A stretch of 63,970 nucleotides of DNA, filler included, from Octopus bimaculoides (taxonomy: Eukaryota): NCBI RefSeq assembly GCF_001194135.2. It is 6 parts of 6 records of this genome, joined end to end, with 100 filler letters (N's around TTAATTAATTAA, not from the genome) between each part and the next. Parts side by side here need not be neighbours in the genome. Positions count along the whole stretch, not along the records: positions 61,837 to 63,970 come from NC_069010.1; 5 more parts are not named here. One strand, written 5' to 3'. The first letter of the stretch is position 1; the number at the start of each line of letters is the position of its first letter. Below the pieces are notes generated by a model. The model did not search any database. It was given only the letters and a program-made list of their open reading frames with translations, and was not told where the DNA came from. The position numbers and the translations under genes were made by a program. Of this stretch, positions 62,272-63,970 are shown piece after piece.

Positions 62272-62835
62272 CAGTTTTTAAAATAAATTGGATGCAAAGA
62301 CGCACATATCTGAGTCTACCAAGGATCTACCAACACATTGGAATGCAACTCTTTTCTATCAAATTCTTCCCCTGACAAAATGTCCAATTAGCTATATTCA
62401 GTAGGAAACTTTAATTTGATCTTAATTTCTCAAATTGAATTAATTGGGCATGGAAACAATTGTAGGGACTAAGAGTTTATTATTGTTTGGAATTAAATAT
62501 GTTCTATTAAATTGATGTCTATATCTCAATTTCTGTGTTTTCTTCTTCTCATACGTAAATCATACGTCGATACTGTGTGGACTAAGATCCTAGTTGACAG
62601 GCTTTTGGTATTTATAGTATTAAACACTTTCGGTATGCAAATTAGGGACTCCTTCATATAGTAACTGCTGAATTTGTTGAGTATATAAACAGTTTGGCTA
62701 CTTGTTTATCTGGGGATTGTCAGAATGATGTAGGCACCTCTGATGAGAACCCAATAAGGTTCAAAAATCGATTAATCATTTTTTCAGTTCATCATCTTTT
62801 CAGTTTACAGAGAAATGTCTAAAATTTGCCATATG

Positions 62836-62867
<32 letters not shown>

Positions 62868-62877
62868 TCTCTCTCTC

Positions 62878-63319
62878 TCTTTTACTTGTTTCAGTCATTT
62901 GACTGCGGCCATGCTGGGGCACTGCCTTTAATCGAGCAAATCGATCCCAGGACTTATTCTTTGGANNNNNNNNNNNNNNNNNNNNNNNNNNNNNNNNNNN
63001 NNNNNNNNNNNNNNNNNNNNNNNNNNNNNNNNNNNNNNNNNNNNNNNNNNNNNNNNNNNNNNNNNNNNNNNNNNNNNNNNNNNNNNNNNNNNNNNNNNNN
63101 NNNNNNNNNNNNNNNNNNNNNNNNNNNNNNNNNNNNNNNNNNNNNNNNNNNNNNNNNNNNNNNNNNNNNNNNNNNNNNNNNNNNNNNNNNNNNACCAAAT
63201 CCACTCACAAGGCTTTGGTCGGCCCGAGGCTATAGTAGAAGACACTTGCCCAAGGTGCCACGCAGTGGGACTGAACCCGGAACCATGTGGTTGGCAAGCA
63301 AGCTACTTACCACACAGCC

Positions 63320-63320
<1 letters not shown>
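62878..63320 (-). mobile_element. SINE family B (interrupted by N gap)
   Basis: cttttacttgtttcagtcatttgactgcggcc...gtgggactgaacccggaaccatgtggttggcaagcaagctacttaccacacagcc, followed by (AAT)n. Confidence 0.9.
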
Positions 63321-63358
<38 letters not shown>

Positions 63359-63970
63359 TATAACAAAGAAAACCAAAGAGAAGCACATACATTATTGAGA
63401 CTTGGCGGTCATCAATAATTTTCATTTCATTTCATTTCTTCAAACTGTCTCTTTTCTTCTTCTTCAACACCTTCCCCCCCTCTCTCACTTTCTGTTTCTC
63501 TTTTCTCTCCACCACACCCACATACATACACACATCCACACACCTATTCCTTAGATCACCACCAAAGATCCGCTAATTATATAGGGGTGAGCCAGAGAGC
63601 CTTTCAACAACCTGTATTATAACAACAGTAACACGCACACATGCATACACACACACACGCATACACCCCACTGAGCACACGGTATGAAGACAATAGCATT
63701 TATTTGTGTATGGTGTGGCGTGGAGGTGACATTGTGATATCAGACAGGTATCCATTCTTATGAAGTTAAAACGCATAACACACACATACCGATACACACA
63801 CACACACACACACACACACGCATACCAATACACACACACACTAATAATAACAATAAAAATCCCGACACCACTTAAACAGCCTTATATTATTTCTGAAGTT
63901 TGTAATCTGGTGTAAAGGTGCGGATTTTGATGTCAGAAAATAAAATAAAATGAAATAAAATAAATAAATA

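Noticed and set aside
3764-63398. Long ORFs in the track containing X runs or YI/HT/CV/LS repeats
   Set aside because: They are read-through of N gaps and dinucleotide or trinucleotide microsatellites, not genes.

Overview
Repeat-rich, gapped animal genomic DNA. The SINE families and LINE remnants point to a coleoid cephalopod, most likely Octopus (inference). Five identical 100-bp artificial spacers (44 N + TTAATTAATTAA + 44 N) cut the window into six separately assembled blocks: 1-16766, 16867-46456, 46557-56484, 56585-59406, 59507-61736 and 61837-63970. Adjacency across these spacers is unproven. The only host gene I can support is four in-frame + strand exons of the spindle-checkpoint gene MAD1L1 (17496-31369; 170 codons of coiled coil), ending exactly before the exon that should carry the MAD2-interaction motif. 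The rest is transposon debris and microsatellites: two tRNA-type SINE families, RTE, R4/Dong-like, Tx1/L1 and Penelope retroelements, Helitron, Tc1/mariner, a Gypsy remnant, a solo LTR and MITEs with telomere-like hexamers. Most listed ORFs are microsatellite or N-gap artefacts. The strongest non-obvious signal is a set of minimal type I hammerhead-ribozyme motifs. Two have an intact core (20623-20710 and 23680-23731, both antisense in a MAD1L1 intron, in Penelope-like DNA). Two are decayed, and a three-copy short repeat carries a variant core. Penelope-associated hammerheads are a known class; whether these copies or the variant are undescribed or active cannot be decided from sequence alone.
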